Source: Pocillopora damicornis (lineage: Eukaryota). From it: a stretch of 64,000 nucleotides of DNA. The translations under genes and the position numbers were made by a program. The notes under the pieces were generated by a model. That model saw only the letters and a program-made list of their open reading frames with translations. It had not been told where the DNA came from and did no database searches. Positions 13,017-25,504 of this stretch are shown here, piece by piece (the first letter of the stretch is position 1; every line of letters starts with the position of its first letter). The stretch is taken from contig NW_020847484.1 in assembly GCF_003704095.1 (NCBI RefSeq), positions 434,001-498,000 of the forward strand. Direction: 5' to 3'.

Positions 13017-14129
13017 ATGGACAGGATGAATAATTCTACGATTTCTCAGAGCTTATCGATTGATTCTACGGAAAAAAATAATTTCATGTCAACGAGTGGA
13101 GTCGTTAGCTCTTTGGCAATCTTCAAGGCTGTCTTGGCTGTCCTGGTTGCAGTGCTGTCCCTAGTCGGCAACACCATCGTCATCTTTGTGGTTTTTACCA
13201 CCAAAAAATTGCATGCCAACACCTATTTTCTCATCGTAAACATGAGTATCAGCGATTTGCTCTACACAGCCGTTGCCATTGAGCCTTTTATCGCCGGCAT
13301 TCTTGAACGCCCCTTCCCTTTTCGCGGTTCTTGGGGAACATTCATTTGCAAATTTGTAAACGCGATGGGGTTCGGTATGATTGCTAGCTCCGTATTGACA
13401 CTGGCAGCCATCGCTTACGATCGCTTCTTCGCCATTGTTTTCCCACTGAAAAATCTGAAGAATAAGACTTATCTAAAATGGATCGTCGCATCAATCTGGC
13501 TGTGTTCTGCCCTGGTTATGTCGCCGATGATGTACGCCATGCGACTGCATGAAGATAACAATACCTCTTACTGCTACGAAGACTGGTCGCCCTATTTTGA
13601 CACAGATATGGCCGCCAAAACATACACTGTTATATTGTTTGTTGTAATTTACTCGATTCCGTTCCTGACCATGTTCATATTTTACTCACTTATGTCCTAC
13701 ATTTTATGGTTTCGTAAAATCCCCGGCATTTCTGACGAAATCACCCGGCAGCGTATTGTGTCAGGAAGACGCAAAGTGGTTCGAATGCTCATTTTTATCC
13801 TTGTGTGTTTTATACTATGTTGGTTGCCACTACAAATATCCACATTTTCTGTTTATTTCGGCGACGCTGAATTTCCTTTTGAATTCTTCTTTGCCTGCGA
13901 ATTTTTGATAAGAGCCAACGGGGCTATTAACCCAATTATCTACGTTGTGTTCAATGAAAATTTTCGTCGTGGGTTTAAGAGAGTTCTGTATATGGGTTGT
14001 AGGTCAAAATTAAACGTTCCTATTTATGTTTCGGCAAAAACAAATTTCCTCTCACTGACGAGCAGTAAACAATCTAATCAGGCCAGCTCTAACCAAAGGT
14101 TGCTGTATTTAAGGGAGACAGTAGTATAG
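13017..14129 (+). CDS. Class A (rhodopsin-family) GPCR, neuropeptide-receptor-like, single coding exon
   Basis: 370-aa ORF with seven hydrophobic segments and motifs GN (TM1), SD (TM2), DRF (TM3), CWLP (TM6), NPIIY (TM7), plus N-terminal N-glycosylation sequons. A probable non-coding exon lies at ~11873-11993. Confidence 0.95.
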   Translation: MDRMNNSTISQSLSIDSTEKNNFMSTSGVVSSLAIFKAVLAVLVAVLSLVGNTIVIFVVFTTKKLHANTYFLIVNMSISDLLYTAVAIEPFIAGILERPFPFRGSWGTFICKFVNAMGFGMIASSVLTLAAIAYDRFFAIVFPLKNLKNKTYLKWIVASIWLCSALVMSPMMYAMRLHEDNNTSYCYEDWSPYFDTDMAAKTYTVILFVVIYSIPFLTMFIFYSLMSYILWFRKIPGISDEITRQRIVSGRRKVVRMLIFILVCFILCWLPLQISTFSVYFGDAEFPFEFFFACEFLIRANGAINPIIYVVFNENFRRGFKRVLYMGCRSKLNVPIYVSAKTNFLSLTSSKQSNQASSNQRLLYLRETVV

Positions 14130-14339
14130 CTTCAAGGGAAAGTTTTATTGTACAAATTTCAACCGATGGTAATAATTTCTTCTCACTAAAAATTAACCGG
14201 TATACTGCGTATTTCTCTGTACCAAACGATGCTCAGTTTTTAATTTTCCAATGCATAAAACCTGAGATGTGTCTTCTAGTTTTTCGCAATTTGTATAAAT
14301 CGAGTATTTTACCACAATTGGCTGCAATGTCGCAGTTTT

Positions 14340-14412
14340 TTTGACCACTGTGATGACGAATGTCGTTGTCGATAAGAGTGTAGACCAAGCTAAACCACTA
14401 TCGAATTGTTAA
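14340..14412. repeat. Interspersed repeat shared with ~39574-39652
   Basis: tttgaccactgtgatgacga..tcgttgtcgataagagt..agaccaag.taaaccac is nearly identical at both loci. Confidence 0.75.
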
Positions 14413-15734
14413 ACCTACTAAGTACAGGAACGAATCGACTCAAGTGAAACGATTATGCGTCGATGTAAATAGAATCTCATTAGAGTAGTGTGCTTTGAGA
14501 CATTAGGCTAAAAATGTAGAAAAGTAGATAAACCTTGGTGAAACTAATACTAAGTATCTCTGAGCTATGAGAGTATATTTGACGAATCCAAAACGTCGTA
14601 ACAATTTTGATTTCCACCATTTTTTTAAATTTAATTTTAGCTTCATCAGGCATTTTGTTATATGTATTAAGATACAAATAGACTAAGCAGACTTCAGTTG
14701 TTGACCTAAGTTGGACTTGTTTTGATCTAATTCGTGGCAAATATTTACATAGAGTCAATTAAGTAATGTTAATGATTAGAAGAAATGATTGAATGTAATA
14801 AAACTGTATTGACAAGGGAAGTTGAAGGTGAACTTCCCAGTTAACATGTCACGGAATCTATTTTTTTGAAGTTGGTTTCTTGGTAGAAGCCGTTATCGAG
14901 GATGGATACGTTGACAAGTTAAGCAGTGTTGTAAAGTTCAAAACTTGGCTGGCGGCCACTACGCTCAGAATATGCTTTCTTCTGTATGTTAAATATTTTT
15001 GATAAGAACAAGAAAAAGTATCCTTCAAAAATTGACCTCTAGCTCCTTCCTTCAATTTCAAGTATTATCCCACCAAGAAACAGATAGGAAAAATATGAAT
15101 AACTCGGGAATTGTTGTGGAAAATGTATTCAAGGGTGACTGGTGAGATCAAAATAATAGACAAATTAATTATGCATTCATGATTGTCCCACACCTTCGGT
15201 CAGTGTGACATGTGCTCCGTGGAGTTACAGTAATACGTTTCTTCCAACGGAAACTCGACATATTCTGCCAGTTCCCGCGCACATACTTGCTCCAAAAAGA
15301 ATTTTCAAGACTTATGTTTCCTCAAACTTGTTCAGGATGATTTTGCAGGAAATAAGCGAGGTGAGAGAATGAACCGTTTGCTCGATTATGCGATAGTCCA
15401 GCTAAAACCTGTCTCCTGATCAATATTTTCAAGACTATTAAAACGTCTTGGCATTCTAGAACCTCAACGTTCCCACAAAATTTTTCTTAAATGTTGATAA
15501 TATCGATTTCTTTGGATGTTACCTTCATTAAAGTTTATGTCGTCTTTCAGTTGGGTTTGTATTTTCCTTCTCTGTTTTGCAATCCCTTGTGCCCTCGCGC
15601 TGTATGCAAATCTATTTTCGGTAACTAACAGGCAAGTATATTCACCGTTAATCAAAGACTCGCAAAAATAGCTCGTACGGTTTTTAAAGCTATTAATCAC
15701 GATTATGCTTGTATAAGCATAACAACGTTACCAG

Positions 15735-15935
15735 ATTTTAGTAAACACTAAGTGCGATCTGGAGGGAGCCGACATTCTAAAACTGTTTAAGGTCAACACC
15801 ACAGCTTACGGACTGAAATCGTGGCGTTACCTAGCGCCAAGGCTGTGGAGTCTGCTACCAGAGTCACACAGAATTGTTGGAACTTTTAAGGCCTTTAAAA
15901 ACAATATGAAGAAAATTAACCTTTTGGGCTTTTAA
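15735..15935 (+). mobile_element. 5'-truncated non-LTR retrotransposon (CR1/L2-type LINE) ORF2 3' end
   Basis: Translates as DLEGADILKLFKVNTTAYGLKSWRYLAPRLWSLLPE...FKAFKNNMK*, matching the YG..S..Y.AP.LWN.LP...F..FK C-terminal signature of CR1/L2 ORF2. An AT-rich tail follows. Confidence 0.75.
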
Positions 15936-16269
15936 CCTAACGTTTTGCTTATTTTTATATTAATGTTAGCACATATGATTATCGTCTTTACTTTTTAGCA
16001 TAACGTAGAATTATTTGAGATTATATTTTATGATCCTGAGTTACACTTCTTAAAAGTTTTGTTCATATGTTATGGTATTAATTTTAAATTTAATTTTTAT
16101 GTGGAATACCCTTCGATTAGCTGGTGTGTCGTTTTATTATGTAATGTCTCACCTGAATAGCCAGGCGTACAACGCAATGAACTTGTTTTGTATTGATAGT
16201 ATTGTATTTAATTGTTTTGGTTTGTTGGAGAGAATTAGCTGATTGCTTCGGACATTTCTCATTTTCAAT

Positions 16270-17470
16270 ATTGCAGGAATAAAACTGAAGACTCGTAGAA
16301 CTCGAAGATGCGCTCAAATTCCTTTTCGTTCGCGACAAATTATTAAGGATTCTGTGTTATATTGTTCAAGGGAAAATAATTCCAGTGGCCAAAATTACGG
16401 ATAAGCGCGGGAGAACCAAGTTCAAGGTCGTGTAATCAAACAATTTGCATGTACATTTATTCCGGTGGTTTATTGAACTGGATAACGGTCAACGCAGATA
16501 CGAAATAACCATTGTATCACTCTTTCTATAATGGACCAGAAGCACTGTTTTGATAAGTTAAAAGGCCATACCGTTCACGCTTATTCTTCATCGCAGTACT
16601 AGAAAAAAAATAAACAATTGCTCCAAGAAAGCGTCGACTAGGGACTGAAGAGATGGAAAAAGGAGTCTAAATAACAGAATCTTTAACTTTGAGTTATTGT
16701 CGGCGAAAAGGGTATAAACGAGAGCAATTGGAAAAGGGTAGAAGGCTAGTGAAAACGGATCTTCTTTTCAATTTGTTTGTTATTTTGTGTTAAAGTAATT
16801 TATATAATCAGAGAAGGAACGGACTACGATTGGTAAATGTAAGTTAAACGTGGAATTTAATGTCTTTTTCGTAGCTTAAGACTCTAAAAATATTCATAAC
16901 CAGCTTGGAACATACCCTACAATATATCTTTTTGTCCATCTTATCTTCTGTTTTAGGTTTTCCCCTCCATTCCTTTTGTTGTTTGTTTGTTTGTTTAATA
17001 ATATCAGTAATCAATGTATTTATTGGATTTGCAGAATACAGAGAAGGGATGTATTCTGCATTTGGGAAAGAGGATTGGATACGCACAAGATGATCTAAAG
17101 AACTCAGCGAAGCGTGAGTTGCACAATTTGTTGTTTTGCTCGTTGTTAGAGGAGATTCATTACAACGGAACTTGAAGAACGAGACCCAAATTTTCAATGA
17201 ATGCTACCAGTGGTTGAATTGTTTCCAAATGGTCGGGTTGATTCAAAGACATTTTGTACGGCGTTTTCTATGCTTTTTCGCCACTTGTTGCTTAGCGGAT
17301 CAAATATGTAATGGAACTGTTGTTTGACAAATTATAACAGAGTAGCACGAGAGAGACCAAGAAACACGTTTCGTTGGGAATAAAAGTTGTCCATTTGCAA
17401 AATCAGAAGAAAAGAAAGATTTGAAGTTGTGCAGCAAATGAAGGTTATCCTCTCTACCTTCAGGGTATGA
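16270..17470 (+). pseudogene. Decayed multi-exon coding-like sequence of unknown family
   Basis: A series of AG/GT-bounded segments with protein-like translations interrupted by stops, e.g. LEKNKQLLQESVD*GLKRWKRSLNNRIFNFELL and EYREGMYSAFGKEDWIRTR*SKELSE|gtgagt. Confidence 0.35.
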
Positions 17471-20224
17471 AGAGGATTTTTCACTGGAAAAAGCAACCCA
17501 TTTAACTTAGAATTGTCTCTAAAACAATTAAAGCGAAAGTATTTTTTATCGGAAAAAGTAATACCGAACAATGAATAAGAATTAATATTCTCAGACTTTC
17601 GAGCAAGTAAATCAACAATTATTAAGACTCAGGTTGCGTAGTAAAATGCTCGAAAGAGAGCATCATTTTTAGTGCAATGCGAAACTCTCAACTTTATATG
17701 AAAAAGTGCGGCTTTCGTTACAAGATACTTACTTTCCTTAAAATTAGATGTTTTTTTTTTACAAAATGGCTAGTACGTGTTTAAACTTAAAATCTATTTT
17801 ACTAGCAGAAAGCGAAATGTTTAAGAGGAAAGAGGAACTTTTTACTGAAAATAGTTCACAAATTTTCAACTCTCTTCCGAGTTAACAATGCAGCACAGAT
17901 TGTCAAAAATTATACAGCGACATGAAACCAAATCTATTTCAGCGATAATCCATTATCATAGAACTTTCGAGTTCGAAGGAACGGGAAACCTCGGAATAAA
18001 AATTGTGAATGCTTTCAGCAAGGGGAAGGAACTTCTTGTATGTGTGATAATTGGTGCCTTTAAAACATTAATTTCATTCTTCAGGAAAGAGAAAGGCTTT
18101 GAACTCTACACTGATATCTCTTTAATACTGAATTGTATTTTCCTAGTAAAAACTGAAAAGATTAACCAAAAAAAGAAAATTTTAATCTCAAGTTTAAAAT
18201 TCGTTTCAAGTGAAAAAATCAGTAGAAAACATTGTTGCTTTCAAATGACTAGATTTTATCTAGAAATTCACGTAATCCAACCGTCATCAAAGAATTGGAA
18301 TAAAGAGGAAACCCACGTATAAAAATATTTGCTTTCAGTTATTGAGCCGATGGAGTAAAAATACCTCTGTAGCACGTCTGTTCTGTTTACCCATTTCAGG
18401 TTCCATTACAATACTTCAGAGAATTGCGTCTTTCAAGTTTCCTCTTATTCACGTGCATATGCACACATGATTTACAAAAGATAAAGCTGGGAACTCCCTC
18501 GAGACTTGAATTGGGTAAATTATTGACTCGGATGTTTTTTAGGTTACATTTTAAGATATCATTTTCATTCTTTTTTTGAAGATCCTAAATCATACATGTA
18601 CATTTGTTGAAAAATACTATTTCTTTCATTCGTCCCTCAATAGTCGACCTATTTTACCCAAAAAGACCCCATCCAAGCACGCCGCAGCAAAATAGGACCC
18701 GGCGTTAATATTCACCTTTGGGGAGTTGATGTTGTGAGTTATCCTTTGAGGTTTTTAAAATTAGACAAAAACTGTCGTTCGTCGTGGGCGTTTTAAATTT
18801 GTAGTTCGGAGTTTTTAAAAAGAGATCTAAAAAGAGAGAGATTATGATATGTTTATTTCGATACTATGGCATTTCAACGAATAAGTAAGGAGAGATTTAT
18901 GACTTAACTTGGGCAGCAAAATTAACTTTAACTTCTTTGACGCTTACCATGACTATCGTCAAGGTTTCGAAAAAAAAAATAGAGAGAAATATTTATTAAT
19001 GAAGGTCTGGAATTTCGAAGGAAAATGGTGTTTGTATTTGGAGGAAAAATGTTTTCCAACTTAAGCGTACATTTTTATCTCTTTTTATCAGGAAGGACGA
19101 GTATTTAGCTCATGAATTTTATTTCTAGAAATAAATAGTAATTTGCTGATAGGAGCTGAAATTTTATGACCAGGAAAGGAAACAGTTGTAGTTTACGTGT
19201 AAAAAAAATTCGTAAATGAAAAAAATAATAAAAATAGATTAAGAGAGGAATGATAAAAATTCGTTTATACCTCCAAACTCGAAAACCTTGACAGGAGTCT
19301 AGAACTCTTAAAACCAAAACAAGTTATTTTCAACAAGTATACTTTTCATATGTCGGGTGTCATCAAACAACGTTAAAGATAATTTATGAGTAAGTAAATG
19401 AATGAAAAGAGTGCAGTTCAGGAGACGAAGGAATTTATTTTAAAACAGAATCGATCTCCTGCAATAGTTTTCTTTAAAATCTTCAAAAATCTTATCGTGG
19501 CTCTGTTCTAGGTGTTAAACAATTTTCACCATTGTCAAGATACATGTTGTATGAAATAGCTTTTCAGTTTCAAGTTTATTGTAGAAAAGTTTGAAAGTTG
19601 TATCAATCCACAAAAAAACTAGTTGCGTTCATGCATTTTATGAACTGCGTTTGTCAGCTTTCCATGTAAAGTAGCTGCTACCTAGGCTCATTTAGATGAT
19701 TTAAAATTGAAGATGAGAAAGATGCTTAAATTTTAAATTATTGAATTTGTTTAGGATGAGATTTCATTCCAAAACTGATAGCTATCATTCAATTATATTT
19801 TTTCCCGAGGAACTTTACGGAAAACCAAAGAATAGTGCTAAAGAAAGCATTATTGAGGCGTAAAAGAGTCTTAGATTTCTATTCTTCATTGCGTATTCGG
19901 GAAAATGACTTCCTTTCTCTGTTTTTCTTCAATTACAGTTCAATAGGATTACAGATATTTTGATGTTTTTGAGTGTTACAGAAGATCTTATACGGTGCGC
20001 TCTTTTGAACAACCACTGATTTTTCTAAACAATGCGCAAAGTAAATCCTCGCCAAAGCTATTTCGATTAGCATTCATTTCCGCGTTTAACTACCATTTAT
20101 ACCAGATGTGAAGCTTAAGATGATCTCGTTCTCCATTTATTGTAATGAGTTTTATCCTGTTTCCTCGAGATAGTTATTACCAGTGGCGTTGTTATGATCT
20201 GCATTTTTTCGACCGTTTTTAAAA

Positions 20225-20632
20225 TAGCCAGCGTGGTGTAGCAGTAGTGAACATTAATTTTAACGGTTAACTCTAACGGTAGTTTCCTTCCGCCGTCCTT
20301 TAATTTAATTGTTAGTTCGCAACTCCAAGGGCCTTAAGCCTCGTTGGTCGGTTTTCTTGTTTCCTTTTAATCTTGAAAGAGGCAGAATTTGTTAATTTTT
20401 GGAGCTCCGATAATTTTTTTTTCTGGGAATTTTTTCCTAGTAAAAAAACTCTCGGAGCTCTTAAAATTAATCAAAATTCTGCCTCTTTCAAGATTAAAAG
20501 GAAAAAGAAAACCGACCAACGGGGCTTGAGCCCCTTGGAGTTGCGAACTAACAATTAAATTTAACGACGGCGGGGGAACGCCGCCGTTATATTTAATCGT
20601 CAAATGAGCACTACCGCTAGACTATGCTGACT
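20225..20632. mobile_element. ~408-bp foldback/MITE-like palindrome
   Basis: Left arm ~20225-20427 and right arm ~20432-20632 are reverse complements; the core (aatttaattgttagttcgcaactccaaggg...cgttggtcggttttctt...ttccttttaatcttgaaagaggcagaattt) matches at about 90% by eye. Confidence 0.9.
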
Positions 20633-21257
20633 TTTGGTAAAAGATCCCTGTAAAATTTCACTGGAAATAGGTTCGCACTCATTGTTCATAGAAACAATAG
20701 GTTTAACCAGTATCACCCTCGTATGAATTACTGAAATGTGCGATATTCAAATTTTATTTAAACAAAACATTTGTGCTGTCGTTGTTGAATTACCTTGCTA
20801 CGAACTATTTAGACTACTGGTTCATAATCAATTACTCTGTAATAAATAATTTTTGTTAATGTAGCTTCACTTTTTCCTTTTATACCTCAAACATTTCTTG
20901 CCACTTGCGACTGAAGTCTAGTTTAGAAATTATACGAAGAGATATTTAATTTCATCAAAAGAATTAAAAAAGCTTACATTATTTACAGAAATCTCTTGTG
21001 TTACATTTTATACAACTTGGACATGCAAAGTGATTGATCAGAAATTAAATGTTAATTTTTTTTCTTTTTCAGGTTTGAACACTAGCAAAAAAGAGATTCA
21101 AGACATATAAATACACATTAAATATTAAAAAAACTTTTAAATGGCAACGTTGCTTGCCCGTGTCTTTCATTTTTCTATCATTTCGTTTTGTCACCTACAG
21201 TTTACAGTAAAGCTTCTTGGATTCAGTTAGGCTTCTTCCATTACTGCTACTGCTCTA

Positions 21258-21477
21258 ATTATTTAGCAGTATTTTTAGTTTAACTTGTACACTACTTCTT
21301 CTATTATTACTGATACTACACTGATTAACTAGCAGCACTTTCAGTTCAACTTGTACACTACCTCTTCTATTATTACTAATACTACAGTGATTAATTAGCA
21401 GCACTTTCAGTTTAACTTGTAAACTACTTCTTCTATTATTACTAATACTACAGTGATTAATTAGCAGCACTTTCAGT
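21258..21477. repeat. 66-bp tandem repeat (minisatellite), at least 3.3 units, running into a gap
   Basis: Unit attaattagcagcactttcagtttaacttgtacactacttcttctattattactaatactacagtg starts at ~21258, 21324, 21390 and 21456. Confidence 0.95.
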
Positions 21478-21577
21478 NNNNNNNNNNNNNNNNNNNNNNN
21501 NNNNNNNNNNNNNNNNNNNNNNNNNNNNNNNNNNNNNNNNNNNNNNNNNNNNNNNNNNNNNNNNNNNNNNNNNNNNN
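21478..21577. other. Assembly gap (N run)
   Basis: Run of n adjoining the tandem repeat. Confidence 1.
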
Positions 21578-21728
21578 ATTTTTCACTTTCCGATTAGAGT
21601 TTAGAGAGAAGAATCCTAATAAACAGCTATAGTTCGAAAAGAACAAAAAATGTGGTAATCTCTCCCGTTGAACCTCCTTCAAAAAAGAGGAAAAGGACAG
21701 ATAGCCCTTGAAGTACAAGTATGTAATG

Positions 21729-24700
21729 AAAACTAACTTTTGGTTTGTACAATTTTGAGGAGTTCACAACCTTACTCGTTCAAAAATTACTTCTTAATAA
21801 GTTTTGTTTTCTTTCCTATTCAAGAATTTTTCTCATTTGTGTTGCATCCATTAAGTTTACACCAGCAAAATATGTTTCATGCTGAAGAACCTGTCTTTCC
21901 CCGACTTTCCAGACAAAAAAAATGTATCTCTTACAACACTGATAAACGCTATTCCTTGCAAAGACCAGAAGTTCCTAGTGGCATGTGTCAAAAAGTCATC
22001 CTTCCAAAAGTCATCATTGGCAACATGGGCGAAAGCCCGTAATTTAGATTTTGTTGTGCAAGCTTGAAAAGTGTCACGATTGTTGCTAGTAATCAGCTCA
22101 GTATGGATCGAAAGAGAAGAAAAAACAAGTGGTTATCTTTCTGATAAGACCTCGCTCTAAAAGAGGAAAATAATAGCCCGTAGCGTGAGGCGCAATAAAT
22201 CAAAACTAATTTTGGTATGTAAAATTTTGACGAGAAAAATCAAAACCTTACTGATCCAACTCTTTAATAAGTTCTTTTTTCTTTCCTTTCCAAGAAAAAT
22301 CGGAATGGAAAATTGATCTAGCTCGCCCAGAAATAATTGAAAAAATCAGAGATCTAACAAATTCCTTCATCTTTCCAAACACACTATCATTCTTTGCTCC
22401 TTGGCTTTTAGTATTGGGCGATGGAAGCATTAAATGAAAGAGGAAGTAAAATTTCATCCTTATAAAAAATTACAATATTCGAATAACTATTCATAGTCAA
22501 ATATTCATCAATATAATTTTGTAATCCTTTTAATTCTCTTCATTGCTTGTTTGAAAATATTTAATTTTAGTATTTTTTTTTTACATATAATTTCCTACGT
22601 AAAAGGACTTTCATATAAAACCACCTTAAACTATTGAGTCATACAACGTGATCTCCGAAGAGTTTTTTTGCAAAGTTTAAAACGCAATTGTATTTTCGTT
22701 AACCCTTAGCAACGTTTAGAGGTGTAAAATGTTAATTTATTTGTTGCGTAAACTATTTTCAATAAACCTTTGAAGCGGCTCAACACCAACACTTGTAGGT
22801 GAAAACTAACTGCTCAGTTTGTTAAGCAATCTAGTCTCTATTGGGGAATGCTGTTTCAAGTGACATAGGTTACTTTTGAGCAAATCAACAGTTTTTTCCT
22901 CTTTAGAAATAATCCAGTGTCTATCAAAAAAGTTTTTCGAAATATTTTCAGCGCCTAAAATATTCCTTAAAGTGTCTCCTACATCGAAAAATTTGATTTA
23001 CAATAGTTTTCAATATCTGCTTTTCTCTTTTTGCAACAATCTGCAATATTCGTAAAGTCTGACGACAAAATAAAAAAAAACGAGAAGACCTAAAAAAGGC
23101 TTACATAAACTGAATAATTTGGATGCACTGTAGGTTCCCATTGTAAAGTAATTCTATAAATTACTAGTGAAACATTCAATCCAACAACTCACGTTTTGTT
23201 GAGTTCTTCTCCACCAGTGTACACGTTGCCCATCCGAAGTATCCAATCCTGTTTAAATTCCTCCTTTCAAAACCTTTTCTTCATCCTACAGATCCAATAA
23301 AATACATTGATTAGTCTAGTGCCGCTAGTATCATTAGGATTTTAGCTGCCTAACTTTATGTGATATTATATTGCTGAATTGTTTTTTAAGCTGACAATCG
23401 AAATAAGGCGGTGTTCTCTTTAGTGTTAAACGCCGGTCAATTACAATCCACGTCAAGACTAACCCCAAAGTAGTAAACTGTGATATCAAAAGAAGAGTTT
23501 AGGAGAATCTAGGGAATGAGGGAATACGTTGAGTATTTCAGCAACTTTCTCCAAGTCCTTATTGTAATGACTTCCTCTTTACTCCTAGAGGAACAATAAA
23601 ACGATCAATTTACGTTATTGTGATCTCTCACATCACTCTGTTTATTTCTTATTTCACGTTTTACATTCCAAGCTTCCAATTCTCCTTTTAAGACCAATTT
23701 TCAACTCACTCTCCCGACTGTGAAAATTACATTTACAAATGAATAATTAATGAACGTCGCACACCATCAAATGAAAATCCGTGTCAAGGCTAGCCTCAAA
23801 GAAGATCCCAATCGAAAAAGGTAGCAGAGGAGGTAAGTCAACCCTAAGTTTTCTCCTCAAACAGGAATGTTTATTGCCAAATTTTTTTACCAACTTTTTT
23901 CCCCAAGATTTTTGCTTTTTTATGCCTTTTGTAATCCAGAAAATAAGTAGTTAAGAGAATTAATACACGGACGTTTTCCCTAGCCAGTTACTTTGTGTGA
24001 AATTCGATGTGCAATCTTTCCTTGCACTATTTCCCTTTTAATTTTGCTTTCGCTCTTCATAAATCGTTCACATGTGGCCTTACATGTTCAGATGGTATAT
24101 CTTATCTCGCAAATATCAAAGTCCAACATAAATCAATTCTGGTAAGAACTAAAAGAAACAATTCTGATTTCGTTATTTGTTGTCGTTTTTAAGGTGTTCC
24201 ATTCTGTTTAAGATAATTCTGGATTACGACATGCACGTGAAATGTGAAATAAATTAGTACAAGTTCATAATACGTGCAGGAATAGAAATGTGGAAAAGAC
24301 CGTAGATNNNNNNNNNNNNNNNNNNNNNNNNNNNNNNNNNNNNNNNNNNNNNNNNNNNNNNNNNNNNNNNNNNNNNNNNNNNNNNNNNNNNNNNNNNNNN
24401 NNNNNNNNNNNNNNNNNNNNNNNNNNNNNNNNNNNNNNNNNNNNNNNNNNNNNNNNNNNNNNNNNNNNNNNNNNNNNNNNNNNNNNNNNNNNNNNNNNNN
24501 NNNNNCTATTTCCCTCACTGAGCCAAAATAAGGGGCACAAAGTATCGTTTATCTGTGAAGGAAAACACAAAACCGAATTTGAGACGAAATGAACACAATG
24601 ACGAAGTTTACTCCAGAACTTTCGAATGAGCAGATTTAATAAATTTGATAAAAGTACAAGAGCCGAACTGCTTCAATCAAAAGTCATGATTAAAGCAAAT

Positions 24701-24990
24701 AGATTCAGAGAATTATTTACCTACAACGATTAAAGAGAAAATTTCAAACTATCTTGTTGAGAGAAAGAACACTGTTTAACGGTCAATTGCCTCACCTTAC
24801 GTGAACATCCATTTATTCCACAAACCTCTGTAATTTCTCCAAATTTCTGCTGTATGACATTAGACAGGGAAACATCCATCTTTTGAATACTTTCTGAAGC
24901 ATCTGTGGGCGCAGAAATTGGCAGAATACGTCAATTTTCTATTCGAAGAAGCATTGCACCGCAACTTCAAGAATCTCTTGTCACACTGTA
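21729..24990 (-). pseudogene. Decayed minus-strand exon-like segments, partly duplicated
   Basis: Two homologous exon-end/donor blocks (~21729-21820 and ~22201-22290, both with gtaagg donors). A frameshifted exon at 23193-23285 (DEEKVLK/EEFKQDWILRMGNVYTGGEELNK|gtgagt). An exon-like segment at ~24801-24985. Confidence 0.35.
24308..24505. other. Assembly gap (N run)
   Basis: Run of n. Confidence 1.
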
Positions 24991-25504
24991 CTTAGGTGTG
25001 AGACGAATGTGAATGCATAATTAATTTCGTAATTCTCATCGCACCTTTGGCATACTGTATGAATTAATTTCTACTAAATACCTCTCGGTCAAGTAAAAAA
25101 AAAAGTGTTGCGCTTTTTAATATTTTCTTTCGAATGCTTTAAAAGTCCCAACAAAAAACCCAACAGTTTTGGCCATCCTGTTACCCTACTTTGACCATGC
25201 AAAGAAATGACAGGTAACACATTGCAAAATTTGCATTTTAAAAAATACAGAAAAAAAAAGAAACCAAAGTTTTGGAAATTGCTTCCCCAGGCTTTTTAAA
25301 AGGACATTTCTGCAAGAGATATTCATCCTCTCCCGGGGTGGGGTCAGTAAGGCGCTGAGCCCACTCTATTGAAATTATGGTGCCGTCACTCTATCACTGG
25401 TAGTTTATCAAGTCAACTGCACCCATCTGTCCATCTTTTAATAGAGCTAGGTAAAGACTGGCGCGAGGGAAATCCACATCCGTCGTAGACTGGGTCCTAT
25501 TGTT

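Noticed and set aside
17888-18322. 144-aa standalone ORF
   Set aside because: No recognisable domain, AT-rich, and contains internal splice-like signals; at most part of the decayed exon field.
21258-21477. CRISPR-like periodicity
   Set aside because: Units repeat in full with no unique spacers and no cas genes; it is a eukaryotic minisatellite.
21141-21477. Alternative genetic code (TAG/TAA=Gln) contaminant
   Set aside because: Flanking genes use TAA and TAG as real stops, the TAA aligns with TAC rather than a Gln codon, and the segment is continuous with host DNA on its left.
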